Assembly: GCA_051117555.1 (NCBI GenBank)
Contig: JBNPEG010000144.1
Coordinates: 23,125-38,467 of the forward strand
Reading direction: 5' to 3'
DNA: 15,343 nt
Source of the DNA: Elainellaceae cyanobacterium
Lineage (GTDB): Bacteria; Cyanobacteriota; Cyanobacteriia; CAZCXK01
Shown here: one piece after another, positions 7,504 through 15,343 of the stretch
Layout: each line of letters opens with the position of its first letter
Position numbering within the stretch: position 1 is the stretch's first letter
Program-made: the position numbers and the translations under genes
The notes under the pieces: model-generated
The model's input: only the letters and a program-made list of their open reading frames with translations
What the model was told of the DNA's origin: nothing
Database searches by the model: none

Positions 7504-7547
7504 TGTACGGTCTGGTACATTCACAGACCACAACATTCCGTTAAGCT
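7504..7547 (+). promoter_or_regulatory. Candidate NtcA box with a downstream -10 element
   Basis: TGTA-CGGTCTGG-TACA (7504-7519) fits GTA-N8-TAC; TAAGCT (TA-N3-T) lies at 7542-7547, 23 nt after the TAC. Confidence 0.35.
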
Positions 7548-7734
7548 TTGATAAGTGACTTAAAACTCTTTCACCAGTATTAATATTGCTTTGTTTACGG
7601 GTGCTAATATCGTTAGCAGGTAGTGCAAGTTTGTATATCTGTTCTACCAGAAGTTGCTGTATGAAAAACCTGGCTCTGTTTTACCCCCCCCCCAAAAAAA
7701 AATCTGTATTACAGCTCCGCAGTAGCGACCGAGG

Positions 7735-7844
7735 GCGATCGCCCTGATTACATTAGCCCTATACCAGTAGATTGGGCAACTGCCCGCCCTACGCTAAACT
7801 TTGTAATCGTTTGGTGTTTTGGGTGCGATCGCCCTGATTACATT
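7735..7844. repeat. 20-bp direct repeat beginning with HIP1 and enclosing a hairpin element
   Basis: GCGATCGCCCTGATTACATT occurs at 7735-7754 and 7825-7844; GTAG-ATT-GGGCA-AC-TGCCC-GCC-CTAC lies between them at 7767-7792. Confidence 0.85.
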
Positions 7845-8158
7845 TCATGTTGAAACCGATAAGCAACCGAGATAATCGCACTGATGCAAAACGTTGAATA
7901 TCGTTTATAAGATCGAATTGAGTTCATTCTAAGTTAGCGCCATCAGTCCAGAAATCTATCCGTTGCAGGACGCCTTCATATCTCCCGGACTAGTTAAAGA
8001 ATCGGTCACCCGCGTATCTTTGAATTCTTCTGTTTGAGTTCTTCTGTGAAAATCGTCAATCGACTGACCGCTAGGAGTCAGTCCATTTTTATTCAGTTGT
8101 TTTCATCTGCATTAGACCTCAGATTTCAAAAAATCCTGTTACCAGGTAGGTAAGAAAA

Positions 8159-10852
8159 ATGGTTGCAGACCTTAATGTATTCGATCGCAAGTTTCAACAC
8201 GCTCAACATCAGCTAGACGTGTTGTCGCAGGTGAACGAGCGGGAAATGCCTGAATCACTAGACAATGCGCTTCAACAGCTTGCGATCGCACTGGAAGAGC
8301 TGCATGTTTTTTCAGAAGAACTCCAGGAGCAACATCAAGAGTTAGAAACTGCCTACCAAACCATCGAGTTTGAACGACGTCAATATCAAGACTTGTTTGA
8401 GCTTGCGCCCGATGGATATTTGGTGACCGATGTGAAGGGCACGATTCAAGAGGCCAATCAGATGGCGACTGAGTTGCTCAACTACGGGCGGGAAACATTA
8501 GTGGGCAAGCCGCTGGCGGTTGTGGTTGCCCAGCCTGATTCTCAAGCTTTCTACACCACATTAAAGCAGGTCGCCTCCAGCGATCGCATTCATCGCTGTG
8601 AGTTGCGGCTCCGGCCTCATCAAGCACCTATCTTTTATGCAGTGCTGGCAATTCGAGCCATGCGTGATCGCGGTGGGCACGTCACTGGCTTTCGCTGGCT
8701 ATTTCGAGATCTCACTGAGCAGCGGCAAGCAGCCTATGAGCGTCAACGCCAACGGCGGCGATCGCAGCTTGTTGCCAACCTCACCCTCAAGATTCGCCAG
8801 TCGCTCGATATCGATGAGATTCTCAAAACTATCGTCAATTCGGTGCAAACGTTGCTGCGGGTAGATCGGGTGGCGATCGCCAAATTTCACCGCAATGACG
8901 GTGTCACCGTCGTCGAAGAGGCAGTCTATCCAGACTTTTCATCCATGAATGGGCAATCCTATGCGGGGTTTCTCAGCAGCGATTGGATTCAATATTACGG
9001 TCGGGGCAATGTCCGCAAAATCCGCGATCTCGACCGACTTGCCATTCAGCCCCACATCAAGCTTCAGATGCAGCAGTTTGATGTCAAAGCGAGCCTGGTG
9101 GCGCCCATTTTCAACAAGTTTCGGCTGTGGGGGCTGCTAGTCGTGCATCAGTGCAGCGAGCCCCGCGCCTGGGATGCGTTTGAAACCAATCTGCTGAAGC
9201 AGCTTGCCGACCCAATTGGGATTGCCGTCGCGCAGGCTGAGAAGTTTGGCGAGTTAGAAGATGCGGTCAACGAGCAAACGGCTGAACTCGCCGAAACCAA
9301 TGAACGGCTCCGGCAGGAGATTGAGAATCGTCGCAAATCGGAAGCGAAAATCCGAGAACAAGCAGCGCTACTCGATGTCTCCACTGACGCGATTTGGGTG
9401 CAAAATCCAGACGGTCAGATCACCTTCTGGAATCGGGGCGCCGAGCGCTTGTATGGATGGACGGCAGCCGAGGCGATCGGTCAAAATGCCAATGAGCTGC
9501 TCTATCGTCGCTTCCCTGAATTAGACGATATTCAATCATCGATAGCTCAGCAAGGACAGTGGCATGGTGAGCTCCATCACGTCACCCAGACCGATCAAAC
9601 GGTTGTGGTCGAGAGCCGCTGGACGCGGATTGCTGCCGACCCCGCTTCACCGTCGCCGATGCTAATCGTCAACACCGACATCACTGAGAAAAAGCATCTA
9701 GAAGCGCAGTTTCTCCGCGCTCAACGGTTAGAGAGCTTAGGCACGCTGGCAGGCGGGCTTGCCCACGACTTAAATAACGTATTGACCCCGATCATCTCAG
9801 TGGCGACCTTGTTGCCGCGCCGATTGCCCGACTTGAGCCAGAGAAACCGAGCGTTTTTTAACATTATCAACGAGAGTGCAACCCGTGGATCTGATCTCGT
9901 TCAACAGGTGCTGGCGTTTGCTAGGGGTATTGAGGGGAAGCGGATGCCGCTGGAGGTGAGGCATCTGATTCTTGAGATGAAGCACATCACCCAAGAGACG
10001 TTTCCAAAATCAATCGAGATTTATACGCATATTCCCCTCGACCTAAAGCTGGTCTATGGCAATACAACCCAGCTCCATCAGGTGGTGATGAATCTTTGCA
10101 TCAATGCTCGCGATGCGATGCCCGATGGCGGCACGCTGACGATCGCGGCTGAGAATCGCACCCTCGATGAGGACTATGCTCAAACTCATCTCAGCGCTAA
10201 AGCGGGTTCATACGTTGTGGTGACGGTTGCCGATACGGGAATGGGCATTCCGCCGGACGTGCGCGATCGCATCTTTGAGCCCTTTTTCACCACCAAGAAA
10301 GCCGATCAAGGGACGGGGCTGGGGCTGTCTACCACCCTCGGCATCGTGACGGATCACGGTGGATTTATGAATGTCTCTAGTGAAGTCGGCAAAGGAACTC
10401 AGATTGAGGTGTTTTTGCCTACACACGAGGCGCACCGAAAACTGAATCGGGTGGAGCCGTCCGAACTGCCGAGGGGGAACGGAGAATTAATTCTCATCGT
10501 GGATGATGAGACTAATATCTGCGAGGCGACGGCGACCACCCTCGAAGACTATGGGTATGAGGCGATCGCCATTCATCACAGCTCTGAAGCCGTTGACCTT
10601 TACCAAGAACGCCAGCACGACATTTGCGCCGTCTTGGTGGATCTCGTGATGCCCAAGATGAACGGCGATCAGATTATTCAGTCATTACAAGACGTCGATC
10701 CGCAGGTCAAGGTGATTGCGGCCAGCGGCTTTATCTCCGACGACGAACATATCTGCTCTAGCGAAAATGTTAAAGCATTTTTGCCAAAACCCTATACCAC
10801 TGCAAATCTGCTGCTCACCTTGCATGACGTGCTTAGTAATACAGGTGAGTAA
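8159..10852 (+). CDS. Hybrid sensor histidine kinase: coiled coil-PAS-GAF-PAS-HisKA-HATPase-receiver
   Basis: PAS (LFELAPDGYLVTD; ITFWNRGAERLYGW), GAF (IRQSLD...DRV...LWGLLVVHQC), H-box AHDLNN, N-box NLCINARDAM, DTGMG, FEPFFTTK, GTGLGL, and receiver motifs VDDE / DLVMPKMNG / KPY. Confidence 0.95.
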   Translation: MVADLNVFDRKFQHAQHQLDVLSQVNEREMPESLDNALQQLAIALEELHVFSEELQEQHQELETAYQTIEFERRQYQDLFELAPDGYLVTDVKGTIQEANQMATELLNYGRETLVGKPLAVVVAQPDSQAFYTTLKQVASSDRIHRCELRLRPHQAPIFYAVLAIRAMRDRGGHVTGFRWLFRDLTEQRQAAYERQRQRRRSQLVANLTLKIRQSLDIDEILKTIVNSVQTLLRVDRVAIAKFHRNDGVTVVEEAVYPDFSSMNGQSYAGFLSSDWIQYYGRGNVRKIRDLDRLAIQPHIKLQMQQFDVKASLVAPIFNKFRLWGLLVVHQCSEPRAWDAFETNLLKQLADPIGIAVAQAEKFGELEDAVNEQTAELAETNERLRQEIENRRKSEAKIREQAALLDVSTDAIWVQNPDGQITFWNRGAERLYGWTAAEAIGQNANELLYRRFPELDDIQSSIAQQGQWHGELHHVTQTDQTVVVESRWTRIAADPASPSPMLIVNTDITEKKHLEAQFLRAQRLESLGTLAGGLAHDLNNVLTPIISVATLLPRRLPDLSQRNRAFFNIINESATRGSDLVQQVLAFARGIEGKRMPLEVRHLILEMKHITQETFPKSIEIYTHIPLDLKLVYGNTTQLHQVVMNLCINARDAMPDGGTLTIAAENRTLDEDYAQTHLSAKAGSYVVVTVADTGMGIPPDVRDRIFEPFFTTKKADQGTGLGLSTTLGIVTDHGGFMNVSSEVGKGTQIEVFLPTHEAHRKLNRVEPSELPRGNGELILIVDDETNICEATATTLEDYGYEAIAIHHSSEAVDLYQERQHDICAVLVDLVMPKMNGDQIIQSLQDVDPQVKVIAASGFISDDEHICSSENVKAFLPKPYTTANLLLTLHDVLSNTGE

Positions 10853-10945
10853 TACAGCCGTGATGTTCTGTATAGCCTTTCAGGCATGGCTACGCTAAAG
10901 CGGCAGCGTTACGCTCCCTCATTAGGTTATATTTTCGACACCTCC

Positions 10946-11773
10946 TTATTCACCCGCAGTCGACGTAGACTGCTTGAGTTTGGCAAGGAGCGATCGAACC
11001 ATTGCAATGGGAATAAACACTGCACCCGCAGCCGATCCGACTAGAAACCGAAACGCAAAGGAGACGCGACGCGCAAACGTCATGGGTTCACTGACGTCTT
11101 CGTGCTTTTCGGTAGCGGCAGGAGATACCCCCGGCTCTGGCTTGACCCCAGCAATGGCGATCGCATAGGGATAATCCTCATCGTCATACCAATCGGGGGA
11201 GACATACACCCGCTGAATGTCTGTAAATCCGGCTTGATCGTACCATCGGATATAGTCATGCTCCGGTGGAAAGAGCATCCACGTATCTGATAACCAGCGC
11301 GTCAATGGGTTCTGACGCTGGAGGGGGCCAATGATCAGCGCCACCCCACCCGGTTTGATGACGCGATAGGCTTCGGCGATCGCCCGTTGGGGATTGGGCC
11401 AATATTCGATGCTGCCTGCCGACACATAGCGGTCGAAGTGATCGGTCGGAAATGGCAACTCTTCGACATCCCCCTGAACTTTAGTGCAGTCATCGAGGAC
11501 ATCTTTCTGTTTTGCCTTCTCAAGCTGGTGAGGGCTCTGGTCGAGCATCGTCACCTGCGTCGGATTCACCGCCTCGACAATCCCGCTGGTGGTGAAGCCT
11601 GTCCCGGCTCCGGCATCTAGCGTTAATAAATCAGGGCGATCGAGCTGCGCCAATGATAGCGCCTGCTCCCGCATCGGCTCGTTCCAAAAAAATGGATTAA
11701 TCAACGCGTCATATCCGATGGAGACAAACCGATAAAACCAAAATGCTTCTTTTTTATGTTGAATCAATCGCAT
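10946..11773 (-). CDS. SAM-dependent methyltransferase, plant VTE3-type MPBQ/MSBQ methyltransferase-like
   Basis: IQHKKEAFWFYRF, DAGAGTGFTT, LDQSPHQL, LPFPTD, DRYVSAGSIEYWP and WMLFP motifs plus a C-terminal hydrophobic helix, recognised from memory as matching Arabidopsis VTE3/APG1. Confidence 0.88.
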   Translation of the reverse strand: MRLIQHKKEAFWFYRFVSIGYDALINPFFWNEPMREQALSLAQLDRPDLLTLDAGAGTGFTTSGIVEAVNPTQVTMLDQSPHQLEKAKQKDVLDDCTKVQGDVEELPFPTDHFDRYVSAGSIEYWPNPQRAIAEAYRVIKPGGVALIIGPLQRQNPLTRWLSDTWMLFPPEHDYIRWYDQAGFTDIQRVYVSPDWYDDEDYPYAIAIAGVKPEPGVSPAATEKHEDVSEPMTFARRVSFAFRFLVGSAAGAVFIPIAMVRSLLAKLKQSTSTAGE

Positions 11774-11831
11774 GAAATCTGGATCTCCTATCTTGGATAT
11801 CCGTCTTTGACCTACTTGGTGACCTAAATCA

Positions 11832-12761
11832 CTATTCCACGATTACATCAACCTGTTCTGACTCCACATCATCCTTTAGGCATGACATCCCGATGAGGGT
11901 CATAAACTGCTGGAGCGATCGCGTATATTCGTCCCCCGCGATATCTGCCAAATTATTGTGTCCTGCCAGGGGCACCATCAGCAGTTGTTTTGGCTCAGGG
12001 GCGATCGCATATAGAGACTCGCTCATATCAGGCGGAATCACCGCATCCTGCATCCCATACATAATCAGAATCGGAATCTGGAGCGATCGCATTTTAGAAA
12101 TTGATTCAAATCGCTGGTTGAGCAGCCACGAAATGGGAAACAGGCGATAGAAGCGGATGCGATCAATCACGTCTTGAATAGACGTAAAGGTGCCTTCGAC
12201 GATTAGCCCGGCGGCACTAGGTTGCTTGATAGCGAGATCAAGGGCGATCGCGCCACCTAGTGAGTGCCCGTATAATACAATCTGTCGCGGCTCGACTCCC
12301 CGCTGATACTGGAGATAATTCCAAGCGGCGATCGCATCGTCATAGGCATACGCCTCACTAGGCAATCGTCCATCGCTCAAGCCATAGCCGCGATAATCAA
12401 TCATTAAGACCGAAAAGCCTAGGCGATGAAATCTCTCGGCGTAGGCAATATTAGCGCTGATGTTTTCGCCATTCCCGTGAAGATAGAGAATCACACCATG
12501 CGGGTCTGCTGCCGGAACCCACCAGCCGTGAATCCGCTCACCGGGTTCAGATGTCTTAGAGTCAGACGCAACCGAAATCCACACATCCTCATAGGGCAAC
12601 CCCCGATCCGATGGCGTTGATGCAAGCGTCGATGACGGAACGAAAATCATCCGTCGCTGCCGGACAAATAAAAATAGACAGGCTCCCGCATAGACAATAC
12701 CAATGAGCAAAAGCCCGACTAGCGCATTCTTAATAGCAGCTACGAGGAAGACATTTGACAT
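11832..12761 (-). CDS. Membrane-anchored alpha/beta hydrolase (BEM46/ABHD13-like)
   Basis: N-terminal hydrophobic helix, YLHGNG, DYRGYG, nucleophile GHSLGG, Asp in QDAVIP and His in AGHNN. Confidence 0.9.
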   Translation of the reverse strand: MSNVFLVAAIKNALVGLLLIGIVYAGACLFLFVRQRRMIFVPSSTLASTPSDRGLPYEDVWISVASDSKTSEPGERIHGWWVPAADPHGVILYLHGNGENISANIAYAERFHRLGFSVLMIDYRGYGLSDGRLPSEAYAYDDAIAAWNYLQYQRGVEPRQIVLYGHSLGGAIALDLAIKQPSAAGLIVEGTFTSIQDVIDRIRFYRLFPISWLLNQRFESISKMRSLQIPILIMYGMQDAVIPPDMSESLYAIAPEPKQLLMVPLAGHNNLADIAGDEYTRSLQQFMTLIGMSCLKDDVESEQVDVIVE

Positions 12762-12857
12762 GAGCAGTATCGCTAGACTGCAAGATTATATAGCCCTACG
12801 GGTTCAGATTTGTGCGGTGAACCCGCACGTTCAGCGTCCTTACGCGAGAGCATACGG

Positions 12858-14312
12858 TTATGTGAGCTGGGGAGTTTGACGATGCCACGGGGTCGCTTGT
12901 TCATAAGCATACGCGACTTGCAGCAGCAACTCCTCTTGCAGCACATTACCAATTAACTGCAAACCAATTGGTAATCCTTGATCATCGAAGCCACAGGGAA
13001 GACTCAATGCGGGCAACCCTGCTAGATTCACTGGAATAGTCATGAGATCGAGAAGATACATGCTGAGCGGATCGTGCGTTTTTTCTCCCGCTTTGAATGC
13101 AGTCGTGGGAGCTGTCGGGCAAACGAGCACATCGACAGATTCGAACGCATGTTCAAAATCTTGCTTGATCAGCGTCCGCACTTTTTGAGCCTTCAAATAA
13201 TAGGCATCGTAGTATCCGGCGGAGAGGGCGTAGGTGCCAATCATGATGCGGCGTTTCACCTCAGCCCCAAACCCTTCGGCACGGGTTTTGGTATACATCG
13301 TCATCAAATCGTTGGTATTGGCCTTGCGGGCACCATATTTGACGCCGTCGTAGCGAGCCAAGTTTGCGGAGGCTTCAGAAGGCGCGATGATGTAGTACGT
13401 TGGCAATCCGTAGCGAAACTTGGGGCACGAAATTTCTCGCACGTCTGCGCCGAGTTCTTTAAACTGCTGGATTGCCTGATTGACATACTTTTCAACCGTC
13501 GGATCGAGCCCCTCTCCAAAGGTTTCTTTGATAATGCCGACTTTGGTTCCGGCTTTGAGCTTGGGCTGAAGATGGCTCACATAGTCAGGAATATCGACCT
13601 TTAAGCTCGTGGCATCTTTGGGGTCATGACCGGCGATCGCCTGAAGCAACACCGCTGCATCTTCAACACTCCGAGCCAGCGGACCAATCTGATCGAGCGA
13701 TGACGCAAACGCCACCAATCCATATCGAGACACCAACCCATAGGTGGGCTTCATGCCAACCACGCCACACAGGGAGGCTGGCTGACGGATTGACCCACCC
13801 GTATCAGAGCCCAGCGCAACCACGCATTCACCTGCTGCCACCGCTGCGGCTGATCCGCCCGACGACCCACCTGGCACGCGATCCAAATCCCACGGATTCG
13901 CCGTCACTTGAAAGGCAGAATTTTCGGTAGAACTGCCCATCGCAAATTCATCTAAATTGGTCTTGCCGACGCAGACGGCACCCACCTGCATGAGTTTTTC
14001 AGTCACCGTCGACTCATAGGGAGGCACGAAGTTTTCTAAGATGCGAGAGGCGCACGTCGTGGGAATGCCGTGGGTACACATATTGTCTTTGATGCCGAGG
14101 GGAATCCCTGCCAGCAACCCAATGTCTTCACCCGCCGCAATTTTGGCATCCACCTGTCTAGCCTGCTGTCGGGCAAGGTCTGCCGTGACGTGCAGAAAAC
14201 TGTGCAATTTTGGCTCCAGTTGCTCAATCCGCTTGAGAGCGTCTTCGGTAATTTCGACTGCGGAGCGCTCTTTACGGACTAGTTGATCATGCAACTCGCG
14301 AATGGATGCCAT
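12858..14312 (-). CDS. gatA: Asp-tRNA(Asn)/Glu-tRNA(Gln) amidotransferase subunit A
   Basis: [58 protein letters not shown] and [22 protein letters not shown] motifs. Confidence 0.98.
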   Translation of the reverse strand: MASIRELHDQLVRKERSAVEITEDALKRIEQLEPKLHSFLHVTADLARQQARQVDAKIAAGEDIGLLAGIPLGIKDNMCTHGIPTTCASRILENFVPPYESTVTEKLMQVGAVCVGKTNLDEFAMGSSTENSAFQVTANPWDLDRVPGGSSGGSAAAVAAGECVVALGSDTGGSIRQPASLCGVVGMKPTYGLVSRYGLVAFASSLDQIGPLARSVEDAAVLLQAIAGHDPKDATSLKVDIPDYVSHLQPKLKAGTKVGIIKETFGEGLDPTVEKYVNQAIQQFKELGADVREISCPKFRYGLPTYYIIAPSEASANLARYDGVKYGARKANTNDLMTMYTKTRAEGFGAEVKRRIMIGTYALSAGYYDAYYLKAQKVRTLIKQDFEHAFESVDVLVCPTAPTTAFKAGEKTHDPLSMYLLDLMTIPVNLAGLPALSLPCGFDDQGLPIGLQLIGNVLQEELLLQVAYAYEQATPWHRQTPQLT

Positions 14313-14422
14313 GAAAGAACCTCTTTAAACCTGGGTCAATAGTCGCCAATTCAAATTTCACTCTAGTCGATTTTGACCTAGATTGAACACAACCCCTGCG
14401 CGTCGAGAGTTAGCGTCAGGCG

Positions 14423-15145
14423 TTAGTATGACCCGCTCGATGCTAGACATATCGATGAATCAAGCCACTGATTTAAGAACCGCCTGAGCCATCGCTCAAC
14501 AGTGGCGGAATTGTGAGCGTGATATTGAAATTGCCGATCTCGTGGCTGTGCCCCCGGTCGAACCAGTTGTTCGTGCCCTTGCGTTGTCCATCGATCGACC
14601 AATTCAGACGTGATCTCAGGATGAAACTGAAGACCAAATGCGGAGGCTCCATAGCGAAAGGCTTGGTGGGGAAATGCGTCTCCCGTTGCTAACAAGACCG
14701 CATCCGAGGGCAGTTCAAATCCTTCGCTGTGCCAATGATAAACCTGGGAAAGATCGGCAAAAAGAGAATGGCCTGAATAGGTCGATCGCAACGGGAAATA
14801 TCCAATCTCGACCGTATCGTCGGGATGCGGTATGACTCGTGCACCGAGCGATCGCGCTAACAACTGCGCACCGAGACAAATTCCCAAGAAAGGCTTTTTT
14901 GATGCCAACGCCATCGAAATCCAGTCAAGCTCTGCGCGAATAAACGGCAGGGTTTCGCTGTCGTTCGCGCTCATCGGCCCACCAAACACCACGACCGCAT
15001 CGTGATGGCTCATCGTCTGGGGGAGTGGCATCTCGATTGCCGGGCAGCGCACATCAAGCTGGTATCCCATTTCTGAGAGCACGTCCCCAACTAAGCCGGG
15101 GTTTGACGTCTCTTGATGGACAATCATTAAAATTTTATTTGGCAT
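14423..15145 (-). CDS. Stand-alone class I glutamine amidotransferase-like protein (GMP synthase GATase-like)
   Basis: GGPMSAND, catalytic GICLGAQ and QFHPE (Cys-His-Glu triad), WHSEGF. Confidence 0.9.
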   Translation of the reverse strand: MPNKILMIVHQETSNPGLVGDVLSEMGYQLDVRCPAIEMPLPQTMSHHDAVVVFGGPMSANDSETLPFIRAELDWISMALASKKPFLGICLGAQLLARSLGARVIPHPDDTVEIGYFPLRSTYSGHSLFADLSQVYHWHSEGFELPSDAVLLATGDAFPHQAFRYGASAFGLQFHPEITSELVDRWTTQGHEQLVRPGAQPRDRQFQYHAHNSATVERWLRRFLNQWLDSSICLASSGSY

Positions 15146-15301
15146 GGCTCAATCCGCGATTTTGCGAAGGAGTATCAACGATGAGGAATGCGATCGCATG
15201 TTGCTAAAATCACGAACGTGGTCGTCTGCTATCCTCATTACATCTAGATACACTTAACAATCACGTCTAAATTAATTACGTCTAAATCGTTACGTTATCA
15301 C

Positions 15302-15343
15302 TCTGTCTAGTGATTTCTGTCTAATGATTTCTGTCTAATGATT
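15302..15343. repeat. 14-bp tandem repeat, three copies, ending at the window edge
   Basis: TCTGTCTAGTGATT (15302), TCTGTCTAATGATT (15316), TCTGTCTAATGATT (15330). Confidence 0.9.

Larger units (their letters stand above)
625..15197. repeat. Dispersed HIP1 octamers (GCGATCGC)
   Basis: More than 20 copies counted by eye (e.g. 625, 2661, 4591, 4631, 7735, 7825, 12001), far above chance for an 8-mer in 15 kb; typical of many cyanobacteria. Confidence 0.95.

Noticed and set aside
12812..12828. GTGCGG-N5-CCGCAC hairpin after gatA as an intrinsic terminator
   Set aside because: Only a 6-bp stem, with no U-tract on the minus (coding) strand.
13074..13604. 176-aa plus-strand ORF and the other short ORFs overlapping gatA, lctP, mrp and the kinase
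   Set aside because: Antisense or alternate-frame shadows of well-supported genes, with no recognisable motifs.
12858..15145. gatA plus GATase as a novel two-subunit amidotransferase
   Set aside because: GatA is itself the glutaminase of GatCAB, and gat genes are commonly dispersed in cyanobacteria; adjacency alone is not evidence.

Overview
Cyanobacterial chromosomal window (more than 20 HIP1 octamers, GCGATCGC). From left to right: (1) a translationally coupled Mrp/Mnh cation:H+ antiporter operon (mrpC-D-E-F-G, DUF4040 protein, mrpB) followed by an LctP-family lactate/glycolate permease; (2) a repeat-dense intergenic zone (6025-6860) holding a 99-bp MITE-like element with a TTA target duplication, a 14.5-copy 21-bp tandem array and GTAG-type REP-like hairpins; (3) a Uma2/DUF820 nuclease-fold gene, divergent from a PAS-GAF-PAS hybrid histidine kinase across a 695-bp structured spacer; (4) four minus-strand genes: a methyltransferase, an alpha/beta hydrolase, gatA and a stand-alone class I glutamine amidotransferase. 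The most notable points are: the methyltransferase resembles the plant/plastid VTE3 enzyme rather than the usual cyanobacterial Sll0418 type; the mrp-lctP block is bracketed by an inverted repeat of about 100 bp (59 bp identical); and the 21-bp array could encode a His-core heptad peptide. All protein assignments come from motif recognition by eye; no database search was run.
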